Shown here one piece after another: positions 49,953 to 59,092 of a stretch of 64,000 bases of DNA. Each line of letters opens with the position of its first letter. The stretch's first letter is position 1. The stretch is from Clostridia bacterium (GTDB taxonomy: Bacteria > Bacillota > Clostridia > Oscillospirales > CAG-272): positions 10,689 through 74,688 of the forward strand of contig JAFQOX010000041.1 in NCBI GenBank assembly GCA_017412045.1, given 5' to 3'. Both the position numbers and the translations under genes were made by a program. The notes under the pieces were generated by a model. It was given only the letters and a program-made list of their open reading frames with translations, was not told the DNA's origin and did not search any database.

Positions 49953-50107
49953 TTTGCGTAATTTCCTATGGAATAAAAAAGCGGGCAACGCCCGCTGGAA
50001 AACTGCTTGCTCTGCAAGCTGTGTGCTCGCCTATCGCAGTTAAGACTGTATCCAAACGATATAAACGGCGAGGTTCTATTTGCGCAATTTCCTATGGTAT
50101 AAAAAAG
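49953..50107 (-). repeat. Repeat family A: 29-bp end fragment abutting a full long-variant copy 7
   Basis: Full core 49975-50097, with ATAAAAAAG at both ends, next to the terminator of the SGNH gene. Confidence 0.9.
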
Positions 50108-50142
50108 ACACCTTCCCAAGCAGGGAAAGTGTCTGTCAAACG

Positions 50143-50826
50143 TCAGTAACCGATTTCTTTCGCATAAGCGCGAAGATTTGCGAGGATGACCTCGTACGCC
50201 TGTGCGGTCAGATGCATATATTCGTCATTCTGGTATTCGGGCTTCAGATATCCGGTGTTCGGGTCGATCAGCTTTGCGTGCGTATCCACGTAGGGGATCT
50301 GCAATTCCGCGCATAGCTCCCGCACCCATCCGTTTGCCTGCACGACAGCCTCCTTCGTCAAGCGTTTGTAATACTTGACCGACTTGTCGGACAGCGGGAG
50401 AATGGATTGCACCAATATTTTCGTTTCGGGGCTCGCCTTCCGCACGGAAAGCAAAAGCTCCCGATAAATAGCGACAAAGCTCTCACGGGAGAGCCGTCCC
50501 GCGCCTCCGGAAACGCCCACGGTGATCACGAGAATCCGCGGCTTTTTGAAAGCCGCCGCCTCTGCCGGCGACAGATCGCGGTTCTCCTTTTGCAGATGGA
50601 CGCATTTGACCGCATTCACCGTTTCAAAAAGAACCGTGCTGTTCACGCCGGACCACACGCGCTCCCGCGGAATTCCTCCGCGCAAAGCCAAATGCGCCGT
50701 CGTGGAATCCCCGAAGAACGTCATTCTCTCCACGGGATCGTCACTCACCGCCAGCGTTTTCAAGGATGATGAGAGAAAAACCGCAAAAACCAAAAAGACG
50801 GAAATCCATTTTCGGTGTAATTGCAA
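50143..50826 (-). CDS. SGNH/GDSL hydrolase family protein
   Basis: FFGDSTT block I, VQSILP and DxxH (DEYMHL). N-terminal signal peptide. Confidence 0.8.
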   Translation of the reverse strand: MQLHRKWISVFLVFAVFLSSSLKTLAVSDDPVERMTFFGDSTTAHLALRGGIPRERVWSGVNSTVLFETVNAVKCVHLQKENRDLSPAEAAAFKKPRILVITVGVSGGAGRLSRESFVAIYRELLLSVRKASPETKILVQSILPLSDKSVKYYKRLTKEAVVQANGWVRELCAELQIPYVDTHAKLIDPNTGYLKPEYQNDEYMHLTAQAYEVILANLRAYAKEIGY

Positions 50827-50843
50827 GGAAACGCGCCGCCTTT

Positions 50844-51779
50844 TTATTTAGTCAGACGGTAAACCTCTTTTCGATCGGAGCAAATGATGATCGTGCCCTC
50901 CAGATCCGTACGCAGAACGGGCACGCTTGCTTTTTTCAATCTGTCCAGAATCACCTGCTCGGGATGTCCGTAGTCATTGCCCTCTCCGCAGGGAATGATC
51001 GCCAGCGAAGGATCGGCAGCCGCCAGAAACGCCTCCGACGTGGAGGTCTCCGAGCCATGATGCCCCAACTTCAGAACGTCGCATTTGAATTTGGAGGACG
51101 GTTGCGCCGCAAGCATGGCTTTTTCGCTTTTCTCCTCGGCATCGCCCGTAAAAAGGAAGGACGTTTCGCCGTAATCCAGACGAATGACCACGCTCCAGTT
51201 GTTCGCGTCGTTTTCCTTTACCTTGGAAGCGTCCACAGGACCGAGAATCTCAAAAGAGGCATCGCCTATTTGATAAGTATCTCCCATTTTGCTCGGAATA
51301 TACCCGAGTCCGAGCTCCTCCATCGCTTCCAGCATATTCAGCCACGTTTTCTGGGAAGTATCGCATTCGGGCAAGATCAGTTTTTCTACCCGATAATTTT
51401 CGATCACCCTTTGCGCGGCGGCGTTGTGGTCAAAATGGGGATGCGTCACGATCATATAGGAGATCGTTTCCACGCCCAGACCGTCCAGATAATCCGTAAT
51501 CACCTTTGCGGGATAGCCTGATGAAGTACCCGCATCGATCAGCATATTTTTCATGCCGTTCTCCGTCGGGATACGGATCAGGATCGAGTCCGCCTGCCCC
51601 ACGTCGATATAATGCACCTGAAGATCGTATACACCGCTCTCCGTTCTGCCGTCAATGCCGCCCTGATCGCCGTTCCGATGGAGAATCACCGAAAGAAGTC
51701 CGATGATCACGATCAGTGCCAGCGTTACGAACGAGCGGAATCGTGTTTGCCGTGTTTTCCGACTGCGTCTTTTTGCCAT
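50844..51779 (-). CDS. ComEC/Rec2-like metallo-beta-lactamase-fold protein
   Basis: IDVGQADS, THPHFDH, FTGDAE, GHHGS and NDYGHP. Confidence 0.88.
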   Translation of the reverse strand: MAKRRSRKTRQTRFRSFVTLALIVIIGLLSVILHRNGDQGGIDGRTESGVYDLQVHYIDVGQADSILIRIPTENGMKNMLIDAGTSSGYPAKVITDYLDGLGVETISYMIVTHPHFDHNAAAQRVIENYRVEKLILPECDTSQKTWLNMLEAMEELGLGYIPSKMGDTYQIGDASFEILGPVDASKVKENDANNWSVVIRLDYGETSFLFTGDAEEKSEKAMLAAQPSSKFKCDVLKLGHHGSETSTSEAFLAAADPSLAIIPCGEGNDYGHPEQVILDRLKKASVPVLRTDLEGTIIICSDRKEVYRLTK

Positions 51780-51970
51780 ATAAAAAGCCTCCTTTTTCAC
51801 GTCAGAATCCTATCCTGATTTATTATAACAAACGCGCCGTATTTTCACAATAGCAAGATGAAAAAATATTTTTCATTTTTTTGAAAAAACTTTCAAAAAA
51901 GTATTGACAAATCAAAAACGATGTGATAGAATGTTAAGGCAGTCGAGCGAGAGACTGCTCGATATGGAAT

Positions 51971-52046
51971 GCGCTTGTAGCTCAGCGGATAGAGTGCCCG
52001 GCTACGAACCGGTAGGTCGAGGGTTCGAATCCCCCCAGGCGCGCCA
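51971..52046 (+). tRNA. tRNA-Arg (ACG)
   Basis: Cloverleaf with CT-ACG-AA loop, GGTTCGAATCC and CCA end. TTGACA-17-TAGAAT promoter upstream and terminator at 52047-52087. Confidence 0.95.
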
Positions 52047-52089
52047 AAACAAAAAAACCAAGTCATGTGACTTGGTTTTTTTGTTTTGG

Positions 52090-52267
52090 AATGAAGCGTG
52101 CTTTCGTACATGAAAAATGAAGCAGGACTTCGTCCCATGAAGTGCGCCTCGACGGCGCGTGAGGAGTTTATCGCGCTTCGCTTCATGTTCCGCTTGCGGA
52201 ACACTTCATACGAGCGAATATTTCCAAGCAATGCGCGAGTGATTCCTATCGCATAGCGATACTTCAT
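52090..52267 (+). repeat. Branched fold-back element, family B variant (TGAAG/CTTCA)
   Basis: Repeated ATGAAG plus hairpins, then CTTCA plus hairpins. Ends in TATCGC-ATA-GCGATA like the 54163 element. Confidence 0.65.
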
Positions 52268-52337
52268 AAACATATTTTTTGATTTTTACAATAAAGCCGA
52301 CGGCGCGCCGTCGGCTTTTCGTTATACAAAAAACAGT

Positions 52338-53168
52338 TTAATAATAAAAATGATGATTTCCGATCACGAACGCAAATTTTCTGTTTTTCTGTACCCACGA
52401 ATTGGTTGCGATTTTGGGATTCACGAAATACAGGACGCCGTCGTTCACGCTTGTTCCCTCCAGAACCATCTTCGCCGCGCGGATGCATTCCGCGTTGGCG
52501 TTGTTATAGATCGCTCCCGTGGCAACGGGTGTAAACTGAATACCGTATTTTCTGTCGAAGATCACGCTGTAAATGGTATTGGGAAACTGATAACTTTCCA
52601 CACGGTTCATCACCACGTTACCGACCGCGATTTTGCCGAGAAGCGGTTCGCCTCTGCTTTCCGCGTAAATGATACGGGAGAGCCAGAGCACGGAGCCGTC
52701 CCAATAGATCTGATCCGCCGCCGCGCATACGCCGCCCTTGTCTGCGATCGCAACGCTTCGGGAGGCATCGTTCCAGGTCACCTTCGCATCAAAGGCTCTC
52801 GCCGCCGCGCGGATCGGAACGTACAGCTTACCGTTGATCACACGGCAGGCAACATCGGTATAAAAGCATCTGCCGTTGGCTTCTATGTAAAAATCGCCTT
52901 CCTTGGCAGAAACCGAAATTCCTCTCGTGCGAACCGTGAGAACGCCTCCGCTCGAGGAGACCACGCTGCTCGAGCCGTCCATGATCCTGCAAAAATCAAG
53001 GAGCGGCACCATCGTTTTTTCTTCGATCAGATAGCCCTCCAGCTTTTGATTCCCGACGGCAATCGGGATCTGCGGATGCGCGGCGGAAGCTTCAACGGAA
53101 AACAGAACGATGATGATACCGACCGAAAGCAATAACATTCTGAATTTTTTTAACGTTTGCATAAACAT
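52338..53168 (-). CDS. Cell-wall hydrolase (SleB/Hydrolase_2) with copper-amine-oxidase-like N-terminal domain
   Basis: LSRIIYAESRGE..GKIAVGNVVMNRV, FPNTI, QFTPV and IGNHHF. Confidence 0.88.
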   Translation of the reverse strand: MFMQTLKKFRMLLLSVGIIIVLFSVEASAAHPQIPIAVGNQKLEGYLIEEKTMVPLLDFCRIMDGSSSVVSSSGGVLTVRTRGISVSAKEGDFYIEANGRCFYTDVACRVINGKLYVPIRAAARAFDAKVTWNDASRSVAIADKGGVCAAADQIYWDGSVLWLSRIIYAESRGEPLLGKIAVGNVVMNRVESYQFPNTIYSVIFDRKYGIQFTPVATGAIYNNANAECIRAAKMVLEGTSVNDGVLYFVNPKIATNSWVQKNRKFAFVIGNHHFYY

Positions 53169-53341
53169 ATCCTTTCCTTATCTTTTTTGATATGAGAAAC
53201 CAGCGGGAAACAGCCGTTTTTGGAAACCTCCTTTATTTTTTGCATTTCATGCTTCCGTTTCAAACTCGTTCCTCTACGTCTTTATCATACCATAATCATA
53301 TGCAGGAATACAATGCAATATGTTTACCAGCGCTTCCGTCA

Positions 53342-53914
53342 TTATCCGCAGATGACGATATCTGCCTTTTTTTCGATTGCAAACGCCTCGAAATATCGGT
53401 TTTCCAGCGGGATCCAGCGATCGAAAAACATCCGGCTTTTGTCGCCGTTGCGCTTGATGATTCTTTGTTTTCGTTCCTCCTCGTCCACGCGGAGAAATAC
53501 ACGCAGATCAAAGGCTTCCGCAAAGGCAGGGTGATGGCTGTAAGAGCCCTCTACGATCACCAATCGGCAATCCGGGACGGTCACAGCTCCGAAGAGCCGC
53601 ATCTGCGAGCAATCAAAGATCCGATAAGAAAACGGCTCCCGTTTTCCCATAAAAGGAACCACCTCTTCCTGAAAGCGTTCCCTGTCAAAATTTCCGCCTG
53701 CCTGCGCAAAGCGTTCGGGGGTTCTCTGCTCGGGACGGAGGAAAAAATCGTCCATGTGAACGATCTCTCCGCCGTACCGCTCCGCGAGCAAAGCGGCAAG
53801 CGTCGTTTTTCCCGCAGCCGCACCGCCGTCGATCGCAACGGTCACGCGCGCCTTTACGGAAAGCAAGCTTTCGATTCTTGAAAAAAGAGTTTTGTAACGG
53901 TCCATAAATTCCAT
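53342..53914 (-). CDS. Uridine kinase/phosphoribulokinase-like P-loop kinase
   Basis: IDGGAAAGKTT, HMDDFF and VEGSY. Confidence 0.8.
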   Translation of the reverse strand: MEFMDRYKTLFSRIESLLSVKARVTVAIDGGAAAGKTTLAALLAERYGGEIVHMDDFFLRPEQRTPERFAQAGGNFDRERFQEEVVPFMGKREPFSYRIFDCSQMRLFGAVTVPDCRLVIVEGSYSHHPAFAEAFDLRVFLRVDEEERKQRIIKRNGDKSRMFFDRWIPLENRYFEAFAIEKKADIVICG

Positions 53915-54037
53915 ATATTTCCTTTCTTTTCGCGTTTGATACTATTTTTATGATAGCAAAAAAATTGAAAAAAGTCAAACTTTTTTTCGATTAGGTATTG
54001 CAATTTCAAAAAACTATGCTATAATAGTAGATGTTCC

Positions 54038-54124
54038 GCCGGTGTGATGGAATAGGCAGACGTGCTGGACTCAAAATCCAGTCCTGGCGACAGGGTGCGG
54101 GTTCGACCCCCGCCACCGGCACCA
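54038..54124 (+). tRNA. tRNA-Leu (CAA)
   Basis: Long variable arm, CT-CAA-AA loop, GGTTCGACCC and CCA end. Terminator at 54126-54162. Confidence 0.95.
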
Positions 54125-54162
54125 TAAAAAATCCCTTTTGTCAAAGACAAAAGGGATTTTTT

Positions 54163-54510
54163 AATGATATCCGTTCCTATCGGAACGGGTGATATATCTT
54201 CGATATGATATCTGCTCCGCAGGTGATATACGCTTCGCGTATGAAGGAACGGATATTATATCACATTTGCAGCGCAAATATATCATACGGCATCGACGTA
54301 TATCATATCGCGTAGCGATATATCATTAAAAAGGAAAATGATATCCGTTCCTATCAGAACGGGTGATATATCTTCGATATGATATCTGCTCCGCAGGTGA
54401 TATACGCTTCGCGTATGAAGGAACGGATATTATATCACATTTGCAACGCAAATATATCATACGGCATCGACGTATATCATATCGCGTAGCGATATATCAT
54501 TAAAAAGGAA
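54163..54510 (+). repeat. Tandem pair (2 x 174 bp) of branched fold-back element family B
   Basis: Units 54163-54336 and 54337-54510 differ at 2 positions. Each has 4 TGATAT and 4 ATATCA motifs separated by hairpins. Confidence 0.92.
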
Positions 54511-54522
54511 GAGGTCCTTCTT

Positions 54523-54876
54523 ATGTCAAATAATAAATTACTTGATCTATCGTTTGAATTTGCCGTCGTTATCGTTAATCTCGTCGATGGTATAACCATC
54601 CCAAAAAGTTCCTATATGAGCGATCAACTTGCAAGAGCAGGTACATCGGTCGGCGCCAATATACATGAAGCTCAATATGCCCAAAGTAAAAAGGATTTTA
54701 TTGCTAAATTGGAAATCGCCTTAAAAGAATCCAATGAAACCAGCTATTGGCTAAAATTAATGTATGAAACGAAAAGAATCGATGTTTACAACTACCAATA
54801 CGCGGAAAAACTGTGCGGAAATATTCGCAAATTATTGATTGCCTCGTGCAGAACTGCCAAGGAAAACATGAAATAA
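54523..54876 (+). CDS. Four-helix-bundle protein (23S rRNA IVP / Avd-like family)
   Basis: DQLARAGTSVGANIHEA...SKKDFIAKLEIALKESNETSYWL. Confidence 0.9.
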   Translation: MSNNKLLDLSFEFAVVIVNLVDGITIPKSSYMSDQLARAGTSVGANIHEAQYAQSKKDFIAKLEIALKESNETSYWLKLMYETKRIDVYNYQYAEKLCGNIRKLLIASCRTAKENMK

Positions 54877-54927
54877 GCGGTATGAGCGGTGTCATTTTTG
54901 TATTTTATAGGTAAAACGGAGAAAAAC

Positions 54928-55377
54928 ATGACCGGACAAGAACTTTGGAATATATTCATCAAGCAAAACAATCCTGGCGCAAATGCCGACGATTACGAAG
55001 CATGGTCGTTCGGTTCTTCCGCAGACGAGCTCGCTCATTTGGTCGTGACCGGCGCCAAAACCGCAACCTCCTCAGCGTTTCCGCTATACGAATTAAAGCA
55101 TGAGCCTTTGCCGCGCTCAGACGTATACAGCGTTATTCTGGATTCCAAAGGCAACGGCGTTTGCGTGATCAAAACGACGCAAGTGAAGATTGTTTCATTT
55201 CACGAAGTAACGGCAGAGCACGCATATCGGGAAGGTGAAGACGACAGATCATTGACTCGTTGGAGAGAAGTGCATGAAAAATTCTTTACGAAAGCCTTAA
55301 ACAAGGTCGGTTTACAATTTACTCCCGACATGAAAGTCGTATGTGAAGAATTTACCGTCGTTTATAAGCAATCATAA
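54928..55377 (+). CDS. ASCH domain protein
   Basis: AWSFG...DELAHLV..GAKTATSS and HAYREGE. Confidence 0.88.
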   Translation: MTGQELWNIFIKQNNPGANADDYEAWSFGSSADELAHLVVTGAKTATSSAFPLYELKHEPLPRSDVYSVILDSKGNGVCVIKTTQVKIVSFHEVTAEHAYREGEDDRSLTRWREVHEKFFTKALNKVGLQFTPDMKVVCEEFTVVYKQS

Positions 55378-55419
55378 AATTCAGGCTCGGATCGCAACAC
55401 GATCCGAGCCTATTTTCAG

Positions 55420-55842
55420 TTATTGATCTTCCAAATGAAGCAGATAATCGTTCGCTTCCTTCAGAATCCGTTTATGACCTTCAAACTGAAACCGTCCCAT
55501 CGCCGTTTCGTAATCGACCAGCCATGAGCCGGACAGCTCTTCTCTCTGATAGGTAAACGCCTGATCCTCGAACGTACCGAGAAAATATACGTTCTGCTTG
55601 ACGGTACCGGGCTTTTTCGGGAGCGGATAGGAGTCCGTCGTACGGAAGCCGTCCAATAGCTTCACCTTCAGACCCGTTTCCTCGTATACCTCTCTCAGCG
55701 CGGTTTCCGTTTCCGTCTCATCGTTTTCCACGTGGCCCTTCGGGAAACCGTAGATACCCTCCAGACTGGAGATCAGAAGATAACGGATCTCTCCGTTCAC
55801 TCTCGTAAACACGACCACGCCACAGGATTTTTCATATTTCAT
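55420..55842 (-). CDS. NUDIX hydrolase (Ap4A hydrolase-like)
   Basis: FPKGHVE..ETETETALREVYEETGL. Confidence 0.9.
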   Translation of the reverse strand: MKYEKSCGVVVFTRVNGEIRYLLISSLEGIYGFPKGHVENDETETETALREVYEETGLKVKLLDGFRTTDSYPLPKKPGTVKQNVYFLGTFEDQAFTYQREELSGSWLVDYETAMGRFQFEGHKRILKEANDYLLHLEDQ

Positions 55843-55920
55843 CGTATCACCCTCATAAAATATATCATCAATTTGGTTTGAAAGCGCGGGAATCAAGCAC
55901 TTTGTTCCCGCGCTTTTTCT

Positions 55921-58227
55921 TTATATCACGGAAAATCCGTTTTCGTTTTCGACGAATGTGAGACGCTGTCCCTTTTCCGTTTCACATTCGATAAAATGAC
56001 TGTTCGCCAAAAGCTTCAGGTGACCGCCGACGGCAGACACGATCTCCATACGGATGACCCTTCCGTCCCTCCACTTCGCAGAAACGGTAAAGCCGCCGCG
56101 CGCAGTCAAGCCCGTAAAGCTTCCGTTTTTCCATTCCTCGGGCAGGGCGGGGAGCAAATGGATATATCCCTCGTGGCTCTGCACCAGCATTTCCGCAATC
56201 CCCGCCGTACCGCCGAAATTACCGTCGATCTGGAAGGGCGGATGGCTGTCCCAAAGGTTGGGCATCGTACATTTTCCAAGCAGCATACGGAGAAGATCGT
56301 ACGCGCGCTTTCCGTTCTTGAGGCGCGCCCACGCGTTGAGCTTATGCGCGGTGGACCATCCCGTGGAACGATCACCCCGCTCGTTCAGAGAATATTCCGC
56401 GGCGTGGAGCCGGTCGGGCGTATTTTGATTGATGATCGTCCCCGGATACAGTCCGACGAGGTGGGAAATATGGCGATGATGATATTCACCGATATCGCCG
56501 TAATGCTCCTCTTCCCTGTATTCCTTGATCTGACCGGACGCGCCGATCTGTACCGGATCCAATTTTTCCATATCCGAGCGAATCCGACGGATAAAGCCGT
56601 CCTCGAGTCCGAGTCTGTCGGCAAGCATGACCGTATCGCGGTAGCATTCGTACGCCATCTGCTGATCAAACGCGCACCCCTTCGTCCAATAATATTTGCC
56701 CTCATGCATTTGCTCGGGAGAAGCGGAATATTTCACGAGCAGAGTTCCGTCGTCCTGCATCTCCATCGTTTTGGAAAGAAGCTTTGCCACGCCGTAATTG
56801 GCGGGATAAACGACGTCCCGAAGATACGTTTCATCCTGAGAAAACGCGAAATAATCCGCAAAAAGCTTTGCCGTAAACGCGCACGTACCCGGTCCGGAAT
56901 GACCGCTCGGAGGCGTTGCCACGCCCGTAATGCGATAGAGCCATGCCGCCGTTCCGATGGAAATGCCGTTCGTTCCCTTTTCCGTCAGATTTTCGGGGAA
57001 AAATTGTTCCACGTACAGATCCGCATAGTGCTCCGCAACCGGACGGTAAGAATCGAAATATTTCATATAAGGAAGGAACATCTCGCACAGATTGGTATTA
57101 AAAGCGGGCCAATAATTCATCTGCACGTTGATATTGTGCCAATAGCCCGCCGACCACGGCGCACACGCATATCGGTTCCACGTTCCCTGCAAATTGGCGG
57201 GATACGTATCGGGACGGGAGGAAGCGATCAGTAAATATCTTCCGTATGTAAAATAGAGCTCTTCCAGATAGCGGTTCGGTCTTCCGTTTCTGTAGCCGTA
57301 AACCAGAGCGTCCGTCGGAACGGACGGTGCTTCTCCGCCGAAATCGACCTCGGCGCGAGAAATCAGCGCCGTGTAATCCTCGGTATGTCTTTGCAAAAGC
57401 GCTTCATAAGAAAATCTCATCGCGTTTTCGATGATTGCCGTCACTTTTTCGTGCGGGTGCGGGTAGGGCGAAAGCTTCTTTTTCGGATCTCTTTCGAGGA
57501 AAACGCGGCGCTCCATTTTGTAATTCGTTCCGACCGCCGTGAGCAGGAGAACGCTGTCCGCGCCTTTGATCTCAACCGTTTTTTCGCGCGCCGTCAAGCA
57601 ACCGCCCTCGGGAAGCACGGCAACCTGTCCCTCGTATTGGATTTTATAAAATTCCATTTCCCCCGAAAACGTGATCATGTTTCCGGAAACGGAGACCTTG
57701 CCCGTTTTACCCATACCGTCGCCCTCATTCATAAGATACGGCGAAAGATAGGGGATCTCGGGACGGACGGTCATATCCAGCGCGCCCTTTTGGTCAGCCG
57801 CGATTTTTGTGACGAATACGCGGTCGGGATAGCTCGTGAAATGCTCTCTCGTATAACGCACGCCCCTGTAAACGTATTCCGTTCTCGCTACGGCATCGTT
57901 TAAGGAAAGACTGCGCTTATAATCCGTAACTTCATCGTGCGGATGTCCGAAGTCCAGATAAAATTCGCAGAAATTATTGAGTCCGCCGTCACCGCCGGGA
58001 TAACGGGGATCGTAAACGCAGGGATTGGAAAGGCTGTTTTCCGTGATCTGCATCCGCTCGGTCGCGGTTCTGCCGAATATATTCACACCCATATAACCGT
58101 TGCCGATCGGCAAGGACCACTTTTCCCATCCGTCGTCGGGAACGCGGTCGCCGTGGCGGAACATCGAAAAATCCTCGTGTCCGTACGGCGCTTCCTTCGT
58201 ATACCACAATTCATAACGCTTCATCAT
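55921..58227 (-). CDS. GH95 alpha-L-fucosidase-like glycoside hydrolase
   Basis: SLPIGNG, GRYLLIASSR, ANLQG, NINVQMNYW, HRHISHL and PPFQIDGNFG. Confidence 0.92.
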   Translation of the reverse strand: MMKRYELWYTKEAPYGHEDFSMFRHGDRVPDDGWEKWSLPIGNGYMGVNIFGRTATERMQITENSLSNPCVYDPRYPGGDGGLNNFCEFYLDFGHPHDEVTDYKRSLSLNDAVARTEYVYRGVRYTREHFTSYPDRVFVTKIAADQKGALDMTVRPEIPYLSPYLMNEGDGMGKTGKVSVSGNMITFSGEMEFYKIQYEGQVAVLPEGGCLTAREKTVEIKGADSVLLLTAVGTNYKMERRVFLERDPKKKLSPYPHPHEKVTAIIENAMRFSYEALLQRHTEDYTALISRAEVDFGGEAPSVPTDALVYGYRNGRPNRYLEELYFTYGRYLLIASSRPDTYPANLQGTWNRYACAPWSAGYWHNINVQMNYWPAFNTNLCEMFLPYMKYFDSYRPVAEHYADLYVEQFFPENLTEKGTNGISIGTAAWLYRITGVATPPSGHSGPGTCAFTAKLFADYFAFSQDETYLRDVVYPANYGVAKLLSKTMEMQDDGTLLVKYSASPEQMHEGKYYWTKGCAFDQQMAYECYRDTVMLADRLGLEDGFIRRIRSDMEKLDPVQIGASGQIKEYREEEHYGDIGEYHHRHISHLVGLYPGTIINQNTPDRLHAAEYSLNERGDRSTGWSTAHKLNAWARLKNGKRAYDLLRMLLGKCTMPNLWDSHPPFQIDGNFGGTAGIAEMLVQSHEGYIHLLPALPEEWKNGSFTGLTARGGFTVSAKWRDGRVIRMEIVSAVGGHLKLLANSHFIECETEKGQRLTFVENENGFSVI

Positions 58228-58317
58228 TCACCTCATACGTTAAAAAAATCGCCCGCCCTCCGCCTTCCGTCCCATGAAGAACGAGAGGAGAAGGACGGGC
58301 AAAAGAGCTCGGTCTGT

Positions 58318-59091
58318 TTACTTTATGCCTAAAAGCGTTTTTGCGTTTTGAACCTCCTGCGCACAGAAGGCTTCGTAGTCCATTTGCAAAAGCGACGCGG
58401 CTTTCGCGGCGGTATAATGCATATAGCCGCTGTGATTGGTCTTGCCTCTCATGGGAACGGGCGCCAGATAGGGGCAGTCTGTTTCCACCAGAATGCGATC
58501 CTTCGGCGTTGCCAGAACAGCATCCAGCGTTTTCGCCGCGTTTTTGAACGTGATCACGCCGGAAAAGGAGATGTACCATCCCATCTTCACGTATTCCTTG
58601 ACCTGCTCCGCAGACGCGCTGCAGCTGTGCAGAATACCGATCACGCGGTTTTTGTATTCCCGTATCATATCCATCGTATCACCGTGGGCTTCACGGTCGT
58701 GGATGATGACGGGAATATTCTTTTGCGCGGCAAGCTCCATCTGCGCGCGGAAGAAGCGCATCTGCGTTTCCCTGTCGGAAAAATCGTAATGATAGTCCAG
58801 ACCGATCTCGCCGAGCGCAACGACCTTGGGTGCGTCAAGCTTATGCGCAAGCGCCGTCATGGCACAGTCGAGATCTCCCGCCTCACCGCATTCGTGCGGA
58901 TGAATGCCTGCCGAAGCGTAAATGCCGCCGTATTTTTCGGCAAGCGCAATACATTCGTCGGTATCCGCAAGGTCGGTCGCGACCGTCAGGATGTGGGAAA
59001 TATCCGTCGCAAAAAGACTGTCCAGCAGGGACGTATTTCCGCGCAGGCGTTCGTCCGTGTAATGCGCGTGCGTGTCAAAAAGCTTTTCCAT
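58318..59091 (-). CDS. tatD: TatD-family hydrolase
   Basis: FDTHAH, GEIGLDYHY and ETDCPYLAP. Confidence 0.93.
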   Translation of the reverse strand: MEKLFDTHAHYTDERLRGNTSLLDSLFATDISHILTVATDLADTDECIALAEKYGGIYASAGIHPHECGEAGDLDCAMTALAHKLDAPKVVALGEIGLDYHYDFSDRETQMRFFRAQMELAAQKNIPVIIHDREAHGDTMDMIREYKNRVIGILHSCSASAEQVKEYVKMGWYISFSGVITFKNAAKTLDAVLATPKDRILVETDCPYLAPVPMRGKTNHSGYMHYTAAKAASLLQMDYEAFCAQEVQNAKTLLGIK

Positions 59092-59092
59092 A

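Noticed and set aside
49871-50149. Short ORFs sharing KRATPAG / KRRGSICAISYG peptides (also near 8633, 10215 and 15490)
   Set aside because: Translations of the non-coding repeat in inconsistent frames.
54163-54510. Possible CRISPR array or DGR template repeat
   Set aside because: Units are 174 bp with no spacers, and there is no cas or reverse transcriptase gene or matching variable repeat in the window.
54038-55420. tRNA-Leu as integration site of an island with a duplicated 3' end
   Set aside because: No duplicated tRNA 3' end and no integrase found downstream.
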